NCBI GenBank assembly: GCA_022822375.1
Contig: JAJEBU010000101.1
Coordinates: 5,234 to 69,233, forward strand
Origin: Dehalococcoidia bacterium
GTDB lineage: Bacteria > Chloroflexota > Dehalococcoidia > Bin125
Length of the DNA stretch: 64,000 nt
Direction of reading: 5' to 3'
Positions 27,462-36,690 of this stretch are shown piece after piece (positions within the stretch are counted from its first letter, which is position 1; every line of letters begins with the position of its first letter). The notes under the pieces are model-generated. The model was given only the letters and a program-made list of their open reading frames with translations. It was not told where the DNA came from and did not search any database. A program made the position numbers and the translations under genes.

Positions 27462-28469
27462 ATGGCTACCCCGCTCCGTCAAACGCTTCAAGTCGGCAAG
27501 TACGTGGTCGGTCAACGACTGCGCCGCACGAAGCGCTATCCGCTGGTGCTGATGCTCGAGCCGTTGCTGCAGTGCAACCTGGAGTGTGCGGGCTGCGGCA
27601 AGATTCAGCATCCCACGGATATCCTGCGCCGACGTCTGACGCCGCAGCAGTGCTGGGACGCGGTCGAGGAGTGCGGCGCGCCGGTCGTTGCGATCGCCGG
27701 CGGCGAGCCGTTGATCCATCAGGACATCGTGGAGATCGCGAACGGCTTCACGGATCGCAAGAAGTTCGTCTATCTCTGCACCAACGCGATCCTGCTGGAG
27801 CGCAAACTGGCGGACTTCGAGCCCAACCCGTACCTCACGTTCTCCGTGCATGTCGACGGCTTCGAGCAGGATCACGACGACTCGGTCTGCCGCGACGGTG
27901 TCTGGGAAGTGGCGATCCGCGCGATTGAAGCAGCGAAGGCGCGCGGCTTCCGCGTGACCACGAACAGCACGTTCTTCCTCGGCGCGCAGCCCGAGCGGAT
28001 TCGGATGATGTTCGACAAGCTGATGGAGATCGGCGTCGATGGGCTGATGATCTCACCGGGCTATCCCTACGAGAAGGCGCCCGACCAGGAGCACTTCCTG
28101 GCCCGCAATCAGACGAAAGAACTGTTCCGCGACATCCTGAATGATCCGCCGAAGCACTGGAGCTTCAACCACTCTGAGCTGTTCCTCGATTTCCTGAAGG
28201 GCGAGATCGAATACGACTGCACACCGTGGGGCAATCCGACGTATACGGTCTTCGGCTGGCAGCGTCCGTGCTACCTCATGGACGAGGGCTACGCGGAGAG
28301 CTTCCAGGAGCTGATCGACGAGACCGAATGGGAGAACTACGGCGTGGCTTCGGGGAATCCCAAGTGCGTGGACTGCATGGTCCACTCGGGCTACGAGGCG
28401 TCGGCGGTGATCGACGCGACGACCAACCTCAAGGCGGGCCTGCGCAGCTTCGCTGGTTCGCTTCGCTAG
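27462..28469 (+). CDS. hpnH: Adenosylhopane synthase, hopanoid-associated radical SAM protein HpnH
   Basis: 'RYPLVLMLEPLLQCNLECAGCGKIQHP' is the HpnH N-terminal radical SAM CxxxCxxC motif in its characteristic context. 335 aa. Confidence 0.9.
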   Translation: MATPLRQTLQVGKYVVGQRLRRTKRYPLVLMLEPLLQCNLECAGCGKIQHPTDILRRRLTPQQCWDAVEECGAPVVAIAGGEPLIHQDIVEIANGFTDRKKFVYLCTNAILLERKLADFEPNPYLTFSVHVDGFEQDHDDSVCRDGVWEVAIRAIEAAKARGFRVTTNSTFFLGAQPERIRMMFDKLMEIGVDGLMISPGYPYEKAPDQEHFLARNQTKELFRDILNDPPKHWSFNHSELFLDFLKGEIEYDCTPWGNPTYTVFGWQRPCYLMDEGYAESFQELIDETEWENYGVASGNPKCVDCMVHSGYEASAVIDATTNLKAGLRSFAGSLR

Positions 28470-28486
28470 TCGTCGCCGACGGGCGT

Positions 28487-29257
28487 TTAGACCAGTCGGA
28501 AGCGCACGCCACCGAGCATGATCGTCGACTGATCCTCCAACACCCGCAGCTCATGGTGGCGGGCGGCTGCGATCACGTGATCGCGGTCGACCACCGATAC
28601 ATCCAGTCCGCCCAGTCCGTCGCCGCGGCCGTCGGCGTCTTCGACGAAGCGCAGCACTGCGTCGTCGAGCTCGATCGTGGGGACACCGCCGTCCGACGAC
28701 ACAGGCCGCTGGACCACCTCTGACCAGCGGGCGGCCATCGCGGCCGGGTCGCTGCTCTGCAGCTCGGCTGCGGTCAACGCTCGGGCGACGTGATCGCGGC
28801 GGGACTCGGTGACATGCTCGTGCGGTCCGGCGGGGTTCCAGGGGCCGTCGGGCGCGTCGCCGCCGCGGTTCCAGCGCAGCTCGGCGATCGCGCCGGGGAC
28901 ATCCTTGGGATGCAGCTGAATGCCGTTGGTCTCGTCGCTCGCGGAGTCGAGCACCACGCGGATGCCGAGCGCCGCGACGTGATTGCGGCGTTCGACGATG
29001 TTGTCGCACTGCATGATGACCATGTAGCCGCCGTCTCCGCCGCGGCGCTGGATGTAGCGTCCGCCGGCGGTGCCGGGCTGGAATGGCGAGACGACTTCGA
29101 GGAATCCGTTGCCGATCGGCATCAGAAAGTTGTGGAGTCCGAAGCGGGCGAGGCCGGGATCACGGTGGCAGACCTCGAGGCCAAAGACACCGCGGAGATG
29201 CGACTCAACGTGGTCGAGGTCCTGCGCGACGAGGCAGATTTGGCGCATCCGCAGCAT
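28487..29257 (-). CDS. VOC (glyoxalase/bleomycin-resistance/dioxygenase) family protein
   Basis: Tandem beta-alpha-beta-beta-beta modules with 'FLMPIGNGFLEVVSP' typical of the glyoxalase-like domain. Confidence 0.55.
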   Translation of the reverse strand: MLRMRQICLVAQDLDHVESHLRGVFGLEVCHRDPGLARFGLHNFLMPIGNGFLEVVSPFQPGTAGGRYIQRRGGDGGYMVIMQCDNIVERRNHVAALGIRVVLDSASDETNGIQLHPKDVPGAIAELRWNRGGDAPDGPWNPAGPHEHVTESRRDHVARALTAAELQSSDPAAMAARWSEVVQRPVSSDGGVPTIELDDAVLRFVEDADGRGDGLGGLDVSVVDRDHVIAAARHHELRVLEDQSTIMLGGVRFRLV

Positions 29258-29272
29258 GTCGGACTCCTTCCG

Positions 29273-30058
29273 CTAGCGGCCGGTGAAGACCGGGCGGCGC
29301 TTCTCGACGAAGGCACGGCGCGCCTCGATCGAGTCTTCCGTCTCACCGACGCGGCGCATACGGTCCGCCTCGCGTCGGACGGCTTCCGAGAGCGGGATGG
29401 TGAAGGCATCGTTGAGGTTGCGCTTGATGCCGGCGATGGCGCCCGGATGCGAGTCTCGCAGCTGGGCGGCAATCTGCAGCACGTTGGGCATCAGTTCTTC
29501 TGGGTCGAAGACGCCGTTGGCCAGACCCAGCTCGCGAGCCTGTTCGGCCTGGACGCGGTCGGGCAGCAGGTACATTTCGCGCGCCTTGCCCATCCCAACG
29601 AGGCGGGGGAGGGTCCATGTGCCGCCGAAATCGCCCGAGAATCCGACCTTGAGGAACGCGGTGTAGAGGTATGCGGTCGTCGACATATAGCGCAGGTCGC
29701 AGGCCAGCGTCAGCGAGCAACCGGCACCGGCGGCACCGCCGTTGATCGCGGCGATCGTCGGTTTGGGCATCTCGTGCAGCAGCACCGAGGCGCGTTCCTG
29801 GTTGGTCAGCGAATAGATGCTCTGCTCCAGGTTGCGGATGTCACCGCGACCGGTGTCTTTGAGGTCTCCACCGGCGCAGAACAGCCGGCCGGCGCCGGTC
29901 AGGATCACGACCCGCACCTCGTCATCGGCGGCGGCCGCCTCAATGGCCAGCGGCAGCTCGTTGAGCAATGTGCCGTTGAGGGCGTTGAGCGACTCAGGCC
30001 GGTTGAGCGTGATCGTGCAGATGCCGTCGTCGATGTCGTAGAGCAGCGTTTCGTACAT
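29273..30058 (-). CDS. Enoyl-CoA hydratase/isomerase (crotonase family)
   Basis: 'VVILTGAGRLFCAGGDLKD' oxyanion-hole motif. Start at 30058 (GAGGAcgcacATG). An upstream start at 30112 is also possible. Confidence 0.8.
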   Translation of the reverse strand: MYETLLYDIDDGICTITLNRPESLNALNGTLLNELPLAIEAAAADDEVRVVILTGAGRLFCAGGDLKDTGRGDIRNLEQSIYSLTNQERASVLLHEMPKPTIAAINGGAAGAGCSLTLACDLRYMSTTAYLYTAFLKVGFSGDFGGTWTLPRLVGMGKAREMYLLPDRVQAEQARELGLANGVFDPEELMPNVLQIAAQLRDSHPGAIAGIKRNLNDAFTIPLSEAVRREADRMRRVGETEDSIEARRAFVEKRRPVFTGR

Positions 30059-30184
30059 GTGCGTCCTCATCGGGCTGGCGATCAGTCTGGTCAGTTCCAG
30101 TGTAGCCAGCATGCCGCTTCGGCATTCGCGCCATAAGCGAACCGCGACGCCGCGTACGACGATCCGCTGGCGTAGACTGAGCCC

Positions 30185-30898
30185 ATGCTCACGATCACAG
30201 CGGCGTTGTCATGGGAGTCGCGCGCGGCGCGGGCCGGCCAAGCGATCGCTGGACGCGGACGCGTGCGATTGATGACCTCAGGCGTCGGCCCGCAGCGAGC
30301 GCGCGATGCGGCAGAAGAGCTGATCGACCGGGGCGAGGCCACGGGGGTGATCAGCATCGGCGTCGCGGGCGGATTGACCAACGATCTGCGCCGACCCTCG
30401 ATCACCGTGCCCGATCAGATCATCCGCCAGTCCGATGGAGCGGTGTTCGAGCCCGACATCGAGCTGCGCAAGCAGACATTTCGCCTGCTGAACCGTTCAG
30501 ACATCCCCTGGCACTCGGTGATCAGTATCACGACGCCGAAGATTCTGTTCACCAAGCGGGAGAAGCGGGACGCAGCAGCGTCAGGCGCGCAGATCGTGCA
30601 GATGGAAGATGCCGAATGGGCCGATGTGTGCTCGGCGGCGGGCGTGCCATTCGCCTCGGTGCGGGTGGTGATGGACGCGCTCGACGACGACATTCCGACG
30701 GAAGTGGTGGGCTGGGGCGGCAATCCGTCGGCGCTGGACATCGCGATGAGCGCGTTTCGGCGTCCGCGTCTGCTGCCGGAGCTCGTCTCGCTCGGTCTGC
30801 AGCGACAGTCGGCGTTGAGCGTGCTGGAACGGGCCATGACGCTGATCATTCCGTCGCTCGCGCCCGCGCGAGCCGACCAAACGGCCGCGGCCGACTAG
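30185..30898 (+). CDS. hpnG: Hopanoid-associated phosphorylase/nucleosidase HpnG (PNP/UDP/MTA phosphorylase family)
   Basis: 'VISIGVAGGL' PNP_UDP_1 motif. About 237 aa, immediately upstream of hpnA and near hpnH. Confidence 0.7.
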   Translation: MLTITAALSWESRAARAGQAIAGRGRVRLMTSGVGPQRARDAAEELIDRGEATGVISIGVAGGLTNDLRRPSITVPDQIIRQSDGAVFEPDIELRKQTFRLLNRSDIPWHSVISITTPKILFTKREKRDAAASGAQIVQMEDAEWADVCSAAGVPFASVRVVMDALDDDIPTEVVGWGGNPSALDIAMSAFRRPRLLPELVSLGLQRQSALSVLERAMTLIIPSLAPARADQTAAAD

Positions 30899-30929
30899 GC
30901 GCGACCGGCCCGACGCCTCCACCAGTCAC

Positions 30930-31931
30930 ATGCGCCGGGTCATGGTCAGCGGAGCGAGCGGATTCATCGGCGCGCACGTCGTCCGATCCGCGTTGGATGC
31001 GGGCGCGGAGGTGCGCGCGCTCGTCCGGCCGCGCAGTGATCTGAGCAACCTGGACGGTCTGCCCATCGAGCTGGTGCACGGCGATCTCACTGACGCGGCG
31101 TCGCTGCGCGACGCGCTCGACGGGATGGACACGCTCTTTCACGTCGCGGCGCGCTATGACCTGAGCCGCCGCGCCCGTCGCGACGCCTTTGCAGCCAACG
31201 TGGATGGCACGCGGGAGCTGATGCTGGCCGCCCTGAGGTCGCAGGTTGACCGAGTCGTGCACACGTCGTCGGTGGCTGCGGTTGGTCCGCCGCTCGATCC
31301 ACAGCGTCCAGCGGATGAATCGCAATGGGCGAGCGCTGACGATGCGCCGGGCCCGTACGAGGCGACGAAGATCATGAGCGAGCGCCTGGTGTTCGGCCTC
31401 GTGCGGTCAGAGGGATTGCCAGCCGTCACGGTCTTGCCGACCGCGCCGATCGGCCCGCTCGATGTCAAGCCCACGCCCACGGGGCGGTTGATTCGTGATG
31501 CGGCACAGGGCGCGATGCCGGCGTACATCGCCTCCGCAGGGCTCAACGTGGTGCACGTCCGCGACGTCGCGGCTGGCCACGTCGCCGCGGCGACGCAGGG
31601 TCGCGTGGGCAAGCGTTACATTCTGGGCCACCGCGAGGGCAATCTGACGCTGCGTCAGATCATCGAGCGCGCCGCTGCCGCCGGCGGCGTGCGGCCGCCT
31701 CGCCTCGCCATGCCTGCGTCCGTCGCGTACCTCGCGGCGGTCGTCGACGAGTACCTGCTCAGCGCCCTCACGCGTCAGCAACCGCGAGCCACCGTCGCCG
31801 GCGTCCGACTGGCCAGGCATCGACATTGGTTCGATCCGAGCAAGGCGATTGCCGAGTTGGCGTTGCCGCAGACGCCTCTGGCTGACGCCTTCGCTGACGC
31901 CGTCAATTGGTTCGATACGCTGGATCGATGA
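30930..31931 (+). CDS. hpnA: Hopanoid-associated NAD-dependent sugar epimerase/dehydratase HpnA
   Basis: 'MVSGASGFIGAHVV', 'YEATKIMSE' (YxxxK) and 'LPTAPIGPLDVKPTPTGRLI' match the HpnA subfamily. Confidence 0.85.
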   Translation: MRRVMVSGASGFIGAHVVRSALDAGAEVRALVRPRSDLSNLDGLPIELVHGDLTDAASLRDALDGMDTLFHVAARYDLSRRARRDAFAANVDGTRELMLAALRSQVDRVVHTSSVAAVGPPLDPQRPADESQWASADDAPGPYEATKIMSERLVFGLVRSEGLPAVTVLPTAPIGPLDVKPTPTGRLIRDAAQGAMPAYIASAGLNVVHVRDVAAGHVAAATQGRVGKRYILGHREGNLTLRQIIERAAAAGGVRPPRLAMPASVAYLAAVVDEYLLSALTRQQPRATVAGVRLARHRHWFDPSKAIAELALPQTPLADAFADAVNWFDTLDR

Positions 31932-32806
31932 CGACTCCAGCAACACGCACCGTCCTCATCACCGGCGCGAACAGCGGCATTGGTCAGGCGGCAGCCACCG
32001 AGTTGGCGCGGCGCGGCTGGCGCGTCTTCGCGACAGCTCGCTCTCCTGAACGGGGCGACATCGCGGTGTCGCAGATTCGGGAGGCTAGCGGATCAAGCGC
32101 GGTCGAACTGCTCGAACTTGACCTCGCATCCTTCGCCTCGGTCAGACGCGCCGCCGACGAGTTCCTGGAGCGCAGCGAACGGCTCGACGCGCTGGTCAAC
32201 AACGCCGGAGTGATCCTCTCCGAACGGACGCTGACGGAAGACGGCCTCGAGTCGACCATGCAGGTCAACCACTTCGGGCACTTCCTGCTGACATCTCTGC
32301 TGTTGCCGACGGTGCTGCAGAGCGCTGAACCTTGCGTGGTCAATGTCAGCAGCATCGTCCACCAACGCGCAGAGCGGATGCCGCTCGATGATCTCTCACT
32401 CGAGCGTCGTTGGGGCGCGATGTATCCCTACGCGGTGAGCAAGCTGGCCAACGTGCTCTTCACCCGCGAGCTGCACAGACGTTATGCGAGCCAGAATCTC
32501 GCCACGTTTGCGGTACATCCGGGCGGTGTCCGCACCGGCTTCGGCCGCGACGGAGACGTTCGCGGGCTGCTTGGCAGATTGATGCCTCTGGCGGGTCCGC
32601 TGATGATGTCGCCAGCGCGCGGCGCGGCGCCGATCGTCGAGCTCGCCGTAGACGCTCGGCATCGCGCTCATTCGGGCTCGTACTTCAGCCGTCACAAGCG
32701 ACAAGATCCCAGCCGTGCCGCACAACGCGATGATGACGCCCGCAGTCTCTGGGAGCGTTCGCTCGAGCTCACGGACGCGTCCTGGCCGGCGGAGTCACCC
32801 GCCTAA
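31928..32806 (+). CDS. Classical short-chain dehydrogenase/reductase (SDR), paralog 1
   Basis: 'VLITGANSGIGQAAA' (TGxxxGxG), 'NNAG' and 'YAVSKLANVLF' (YxxxK). Its ATG overlaps the hpnA stop (ATGA). Confidence 0.85.
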   Translation: MTTPATRTVLITGANSGIGQAAATELARRGWRVFATARSPERGDIAVSQIREASGSSAVELLELDLASFASVRRAADEFLERSERLDALVNNAGVILSERTLTEDGLESTMQVNHFGHFLLTSLLLPTVLQSAEPCVVNVSSIVHQRAERMPLDDLSLERRWGAMYPYAVSKLANVLFTRELHRRYASQNLATFAVHPGGVRTGFGRDGDVRGLLGRLMPLAGPLMMSPARGAAPIVELAVDARHRAHSGSYFSRHKRQDPSRAAQRDDDARSLWERSLELTDASWPAESPA

Positions 32807-32844
32807 TCGCACGACGCGGCCAGCGCGTTCCGTACACTGTCGGC

Positions 32845-33708
32845 ATGACTACATCATCACCACGTACCGTCCTCATCACTGGCGCCACGAGCGGCATCGG
32901 ACAGGCGGCGGCAGCCTCGCTCGCCGAGTCCGGTTGGCGCGTGCTGATCGCCGCCCGCAACCCGCGACGAGCACAGGCAACACTCTCCCAGATTCGCCGC
33001 GAGACCCGCTCGGAGCTGGTCGAATCTGTGTCAATGGACCTCGCCTCCTTCGACTCCGTCCGCGAGGGCGCGGCAGCGGTGCTGGAGCAAGCGCCGAGTC
33101 TGGATGTCTTGATCAACAACGCCGGACTCACCAACAGCGAGCGGCAACTGACGGTTGACGGCCACGAGATGATGATGCAGACGAATCACTTCTCGCACGC
33201 CCTGCTGACTTCGCTGTTGCTGCCGCGGCTGTTGGAGTCGGACGATGCGCGCGTGGTCAACGTGAGCTCGCGGACGTATGAGCAGGCCGGCGACTTTCCG
33301 ATTGACGATCTCAGGTTCGAGCGGCGCTGGGGCGCGTTTTGGCCCTACACGGTGACCAAGCTGGCCAACATCCTGTTCACGAACGAGCTCCACCGCCGCA
33401 CGCACGAGCACGGCTTGGCGGCCTTCTCGGTGCATCCGGGGGTTGTGAACACCAACTTCCAGCAGAACATGCCGATTGGTCTGCGGGTGGCGCTGAAGAT
33501 CGCGCGGCCGCTGCTGAAGACGCCCAAACGCGGCGCGGAACCAGTCGTCGAGCTCGCGGCCAGCGCGGCGCGACGCTCCGACGCCGGCGCGTACTTCGAT
33601 CTGCACAAGCGCGTCGTGCCGCAAGCGCACGCCACTGATCGCGCGGTCGCCGAGCGTCTATGGGAGGCGACCAACGAGATCACCGGCGCCGAATGGCCGT
33701 CGTCATGA
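32845..33708 (+). CDS. Classical short-chain dehydrogenase/reductase (SDR), paralog 2
   Basis: 'VLITGATSGIGQAAA', 'NNAG' and 'YTVTKLANILF'. Colinear and roughly half identical to paralog 1. Confidence 0.85.
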   Translation: MTTSSPRTVLITGATSGIGQAAAASLAESGWRVLIAARNPRRAQATLSQIRRETRSELVESVSMDLASFDSVREGAAAVLEQAPSLDVLINNAGLTNSERQLTVDGHEMMMQTNHFSHALLTSLLLPRLLESDDARVVNVSSRTYEQAGDFPIDDLRFERRWGAFWPYTVTKLANILFTNELHRRTHEHGLAAFSVHPGVVNTNFQQNMPIGLRVALKIARPLLKTPKRGAEPVVELAASAARRSDAGAYFDLHKRVVPQAHATDRAVAERLWEATNEITGAEWPSS

Positions 33709-34202
33709 CGATTGACAGCCGCGACGAGCTGATCACTGCGTTGGAGTCGGACGCCGAGAGCCTTGAGTCGGCCGTGTCGGCATTGCCGGAGGAGGCCTTC
33801 GAGCGGGGCGTGTACGAGCACGGCTGGAACGCTCGGCAGCTGCTCGCGCACATCGCGGCGATCGAGTGGACGTATCCACGCCTGATCGAACGCGCAGAAC
33901 AGCGAACGGCAGGAGACGATGTTCCCCAGGGCGGCGGAGCCGGCTTCGACATGGACGCCTACAACGCCAAGCAGGTCGCGCGACGCGACGATCTGCCTGT
34001 GGAGCAACTGATGACCGAGTTTCGCCGCAACCGCGCGGCCACGATCGATGCGGTGCGGGGCGCGGACGAGGCGTTGCTGGCGCAGGCCACACGTTCAGCG
34101 GGCGGCGTCGAGGGCACGTTGCTGGATGTGTTGATCAGCGTCACCGTCGGGCATGTCCGCGATCATGCAGACGATCTGCTGCGAGGGGCCGGCTCCGACT
34201 GA
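33705..34202 (+). CDS. DinB/YfiT-like (DinB_2) metal-dependent four-helix-bundle protein
   Basis: 'WNARQLLAHIAAIEWTYPRLIE' DinB-like motif. Its ATG overlaps the SDR2 stop (ATGA). Confidence 0.55.
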   Translation: MTIDSRDELITALESDAESLESAVSALPEEAFERGVYEHGWNARQLLAHIAAIEWTYPRLIERAEQRTAGDDVPQGGGAGFDMDAYNAKQVARRDDLPVEQLMTEFRRNRAATIDAVRGADEALLAQATRSAGGVEGTLLDVLISVTVGHVRDHADDLLRGAGSD

Positions 34203-34218
34203 GGGTGCGCGCCGCGTC

Positions 34219-35400
34219 CTACTGACGCGGCAGCTGCAAGCCTCGAGTGGCGATGATGTTGCGCTGAATCTCGCTCGTGCCGGCGGCGATGGTGCTGGGC
34301 ACGCTCGACATGTAGGCGCGGCCGATACGGGCGGCGATCGGGGCGCCGGGGTCATCGGGATCGATCCGCTGGCTGTGCAGACCCATCATGTTGACGCCGA
34401 AGCGCGCCACACGCTGGCCGAGCTCGGATCCGAACATCTTCGACATCGAGGCCTCGTGGTTGGGCACCAGCTCCTGCGACTGCATCCAGACGACGCGGTA
34501 GGAGATGAGTCGCGAGATTTCCGACTCGATCATCAGGTTGGCGAGGCCGTTGCGGACGCCGGGGTCGTCGATCATCTTTGCCCCGCCATGGATGCCAGGG
34601 CGTTCGGAGGCGTACTCGGTCATCAGCTCGACGCTCTTGCGGGAGGTGGCGGACCAGGCGACTCCGGAGCGCTCGAAGTCGAGCAGCGTCGCGGCGACGT
34701 ACCAGCCGCGGTTGTACTCGCCCATCATGTTGGCGGCGGGCACGCGCACGTCGGTGAAGTAGACCTCGTTGAAGCCATGCTCGCCGAGCATGTTGATCAG
34801 CGGCCGCACCTCGATGCCCGGCGTGTTCATGTCGAGCAGGAAGTACGAGATGCCGCGATGCTTGGGCGCCTCAGGATCGGTGCGCGTGAGCACGTGAATC
34901 CAGTCGGCGTGATGGGCGCCAGATGTCCAGATCTTCTGACCGTTGATCACGAAGTCGTCACCATCGCGCACGGCGCGAGTCTGCAATCCGGCGAGGTCGG
35001 AGCCGTTGCCCGGCTCCGAGAATCCCTGCGCCCAGTATGACTCGGCGTTGGCGATGCGGGGGAGGTGCTCTTTGCGCTGCTCTTCGGTGCCGTGAAGCAT
35101 CAGACACGGCCCGACCATCGAGATGCCCTGCCCGCCGGAACCGGGAGCGCCGCGATAGGCAGCTTCCTCGCGGTAGATCATTTGTTGGATGTGGCTCGCG
35201 CCGCGTCCGCCGTACTCCTCGGGCCAGGCCATGGTCAGCCAGCCCTTGGAGGCGGCGCGCTTCTCGAAGGCGCGCTCGGCCTCGAACTGGGAGTCGTCGC
35301 CCGGCTCGTTCGAGCCGGCGGCCGGGACCCAGTTGTTGTCGATGAAGTCCACGACCTCACCGCGGAAGGAATCGTCGGCTTCGGTGAATTTGTAGTCCAA
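34219..35400 (-). CDS. Acyl-CoA dehydrogenase
   Basis: 'DYKFTEADDSFRGEVVDF' N-terminus, 'WTSGAHHADW', 'EVYFTDVRVPAANMMGE' and C-terminal 'IAAGTSEIQRNIIA'. TTG start with GGAG ribosome-binding site at 35400. The longer 713-aa ORF is an unlikely extension. Confidence 0.85.
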   Translation of the reverse strand: MDYKFTEADDSFRGEVVDFIDNNWVPAAGSNEPGDDSQFEAERAFEKRAASKGWLTMAWPEEYGGRGASHIQQMIYREEAAYRGAPGSGGQGISMVGPCLMLHGTEEQRKEHLPRIANAESYWAQGFSEPGNGSDLAGLQTRAVRDGDDFVINGQKIWTSGAHHADWIHVLTRTDPEAPKHRGISYFLLDMNTPGIEVRPLINMLGEHGFNEVYFTDVRVPAANMMGEYNRGWYVAATLLDFERSGVAWSATSRKSVELMTEYASERPGIHGGAKMIDDPGVRNGLANLMIESEISRLISYRVVWMQSQELVPNHEASMSKMFGSELGQRVARFGVNMMGLHSQRIDPDDPGAPIAARIGRAYMSSVPSTIAAGTSEIQRNIIATRGLQLPRQ

Positions 35401-35502
35401 GATCAGCTCCAACCCAATAGCGTGCAAGCGTTGCCAGTATAGCCGCAGCGAGACGGCGTCCCGGTCGGTTGTCGGCACACGGGTCGCCACTACGATGGAT
35501 CG

Positions 35503-36690
35503 ATGGACGCGTGGGACGCGGTCGTGATCGGAGCGGGGCCAGCGGGCGCGAACGCAGCGCGGCGACTGGCGGACGGCGGCGCATCGACGCTGCTGCTGGA
35601 GCAGCAGAGACTCCCGCGCTACAAGGCGTGCGGCGGCGGCGTACCGGCGCGCACGCTGCAACTGCTCGGCGACCTCGACATCTCTGCGGTCAGCGAGGGA
35701 CACGTCGACACGATCGACGTGTCCCGCTTTGGACAGCACCAGTTCCGCAAGACATCCGACCGTCTGCTGGCGTGGATGGTGATGCGCGACCGCTTCGATC
35801 AGTTCCTGACCGAGCGAGCGGCGGCTTCTGGTGCGCAGGTGCGGGACGCAACAGCGGTGCAATCGATCGCGCCGGCCGAGTCGTGCTACGAGATCGAGAC
35901 GCCGACGGGCATCGTCCGCGCCCGCCACGTGGTCGCCGCCGACGGCGCGACCGGACCGACGGCGCGCTGGCTCCAGATTCCGTCTGCCAAAACCCGAAGC
36001 GCCGCCTACGAGGTGGAGGTGGCCGCACCACCCCGCGCGCTGGATCACTGGCGCCGCACGGCCAATGTCGATATCGGTTACCGACCATGGGGCTACGGCT
36101 GGGTGTTCCCGAAGGCCGGCGCGTTGTCGATCGGCGTTGTGACCAGTCCCAGGCATGGCCGCGGCATCCGCAAGCACACCGATCGCTACCTGTCGCGCCT
36201 CGGACTCGCCGAGGCGAGCGTGTTGAACGTGCGGGGGCATCCGATTCGTTATCGGCGTTCGACCAACGAGCCGGTCGCCGCCGAGCGGGCGCTGCTGCTC
36301 GGTGACGCCGCGGGGCTGGCCGACGAGTTCACGGCCGAGGGCATTGCGTATGCCGTGCACTCAGCCAACCTCGCCGCCGCGGCGGTGTTGGCTGACGACC
36401 GTCCCGCCGAGAGCTACACGGCGATGGTCGATGGGGAGATTCAGCCGGAACTGAACGCCGCGCGGACGGTGTCGCGGCTCTACTACTGGTGCGTGACGAA
36501 GTGGCCGTGGCTGGCGTTGAGGACATCGAAGCACGTCAACTACCTGTGGCGGGCGTTTTTTCGTGTGATGCGCGGTGAAAGTACGTATCTTGCGGAGTTA
36601 ACACGGTGGATCGGGCCGCGCTTCGCCGGGCGGCTCGGAGCGACGGTCGATGAGCTGGGGAACGAGCGAGATCGACGATGGACGTTCTGA
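35503..36690 (+). CDS. Geranylgeranyl reductase family FAD-dependent oxidoreductase
   Basis: 'WDAVVIGAGPAGANAARRLADGGASTLLLEQ...YKACGGGVP' GGR-family N-terminus. 395 aa. Confidence 0.75.
   Translation: MDAWDAVVIGAGPAGANAARRLADGGASTLLLEQQRLPRYKACGGGVPARTLQLLGDLDISAVSEGHVDTIDVSRFGQHQFRKTSDRLLAWMVMRDRFDQFLTERAAASGAQVRDATAVQSIAPAESCYEIETPTGIVRARHVVAADGATGPTARWLQIPSAKTRSAAYEVEVAAPPRALDHWRRTANVDIGYRPWGYGWVFPKAGALSIGVVTSPRHGRGIRKHTDRYLSRLGLAEASVLNVRGHPIRYRRSTNEPVAAERALLLGDAAGLADEFTAEGIAYAVHSANLAAAAVLADDRPAESYTAMVDGEIQPELNAARTVSRLYYWCVTKWPWLALRTSKHVNYLWRAFFRVMRGESTYLAELTRWIGPRFAGRLGATVDELGNERDRRWTF

Noticed and set aside
34153-35040. 295-aa plus-strand ORF and the 713-aa minus ORF extension upstream of the acyl-CoA dehydrogenase
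   Set aside because: The plus ORF is antisense to a well-supported acyl-CoA dehydrogenase. The minus ORF 5' of 35400 has no acyl-CoA dehydrogenase similarity and overlaps the divergent GGR gene, and a ribosome-binding-site-preceded TTG at 35400 gives a canonical acyl-CoA dehydrogenase N-terminus.
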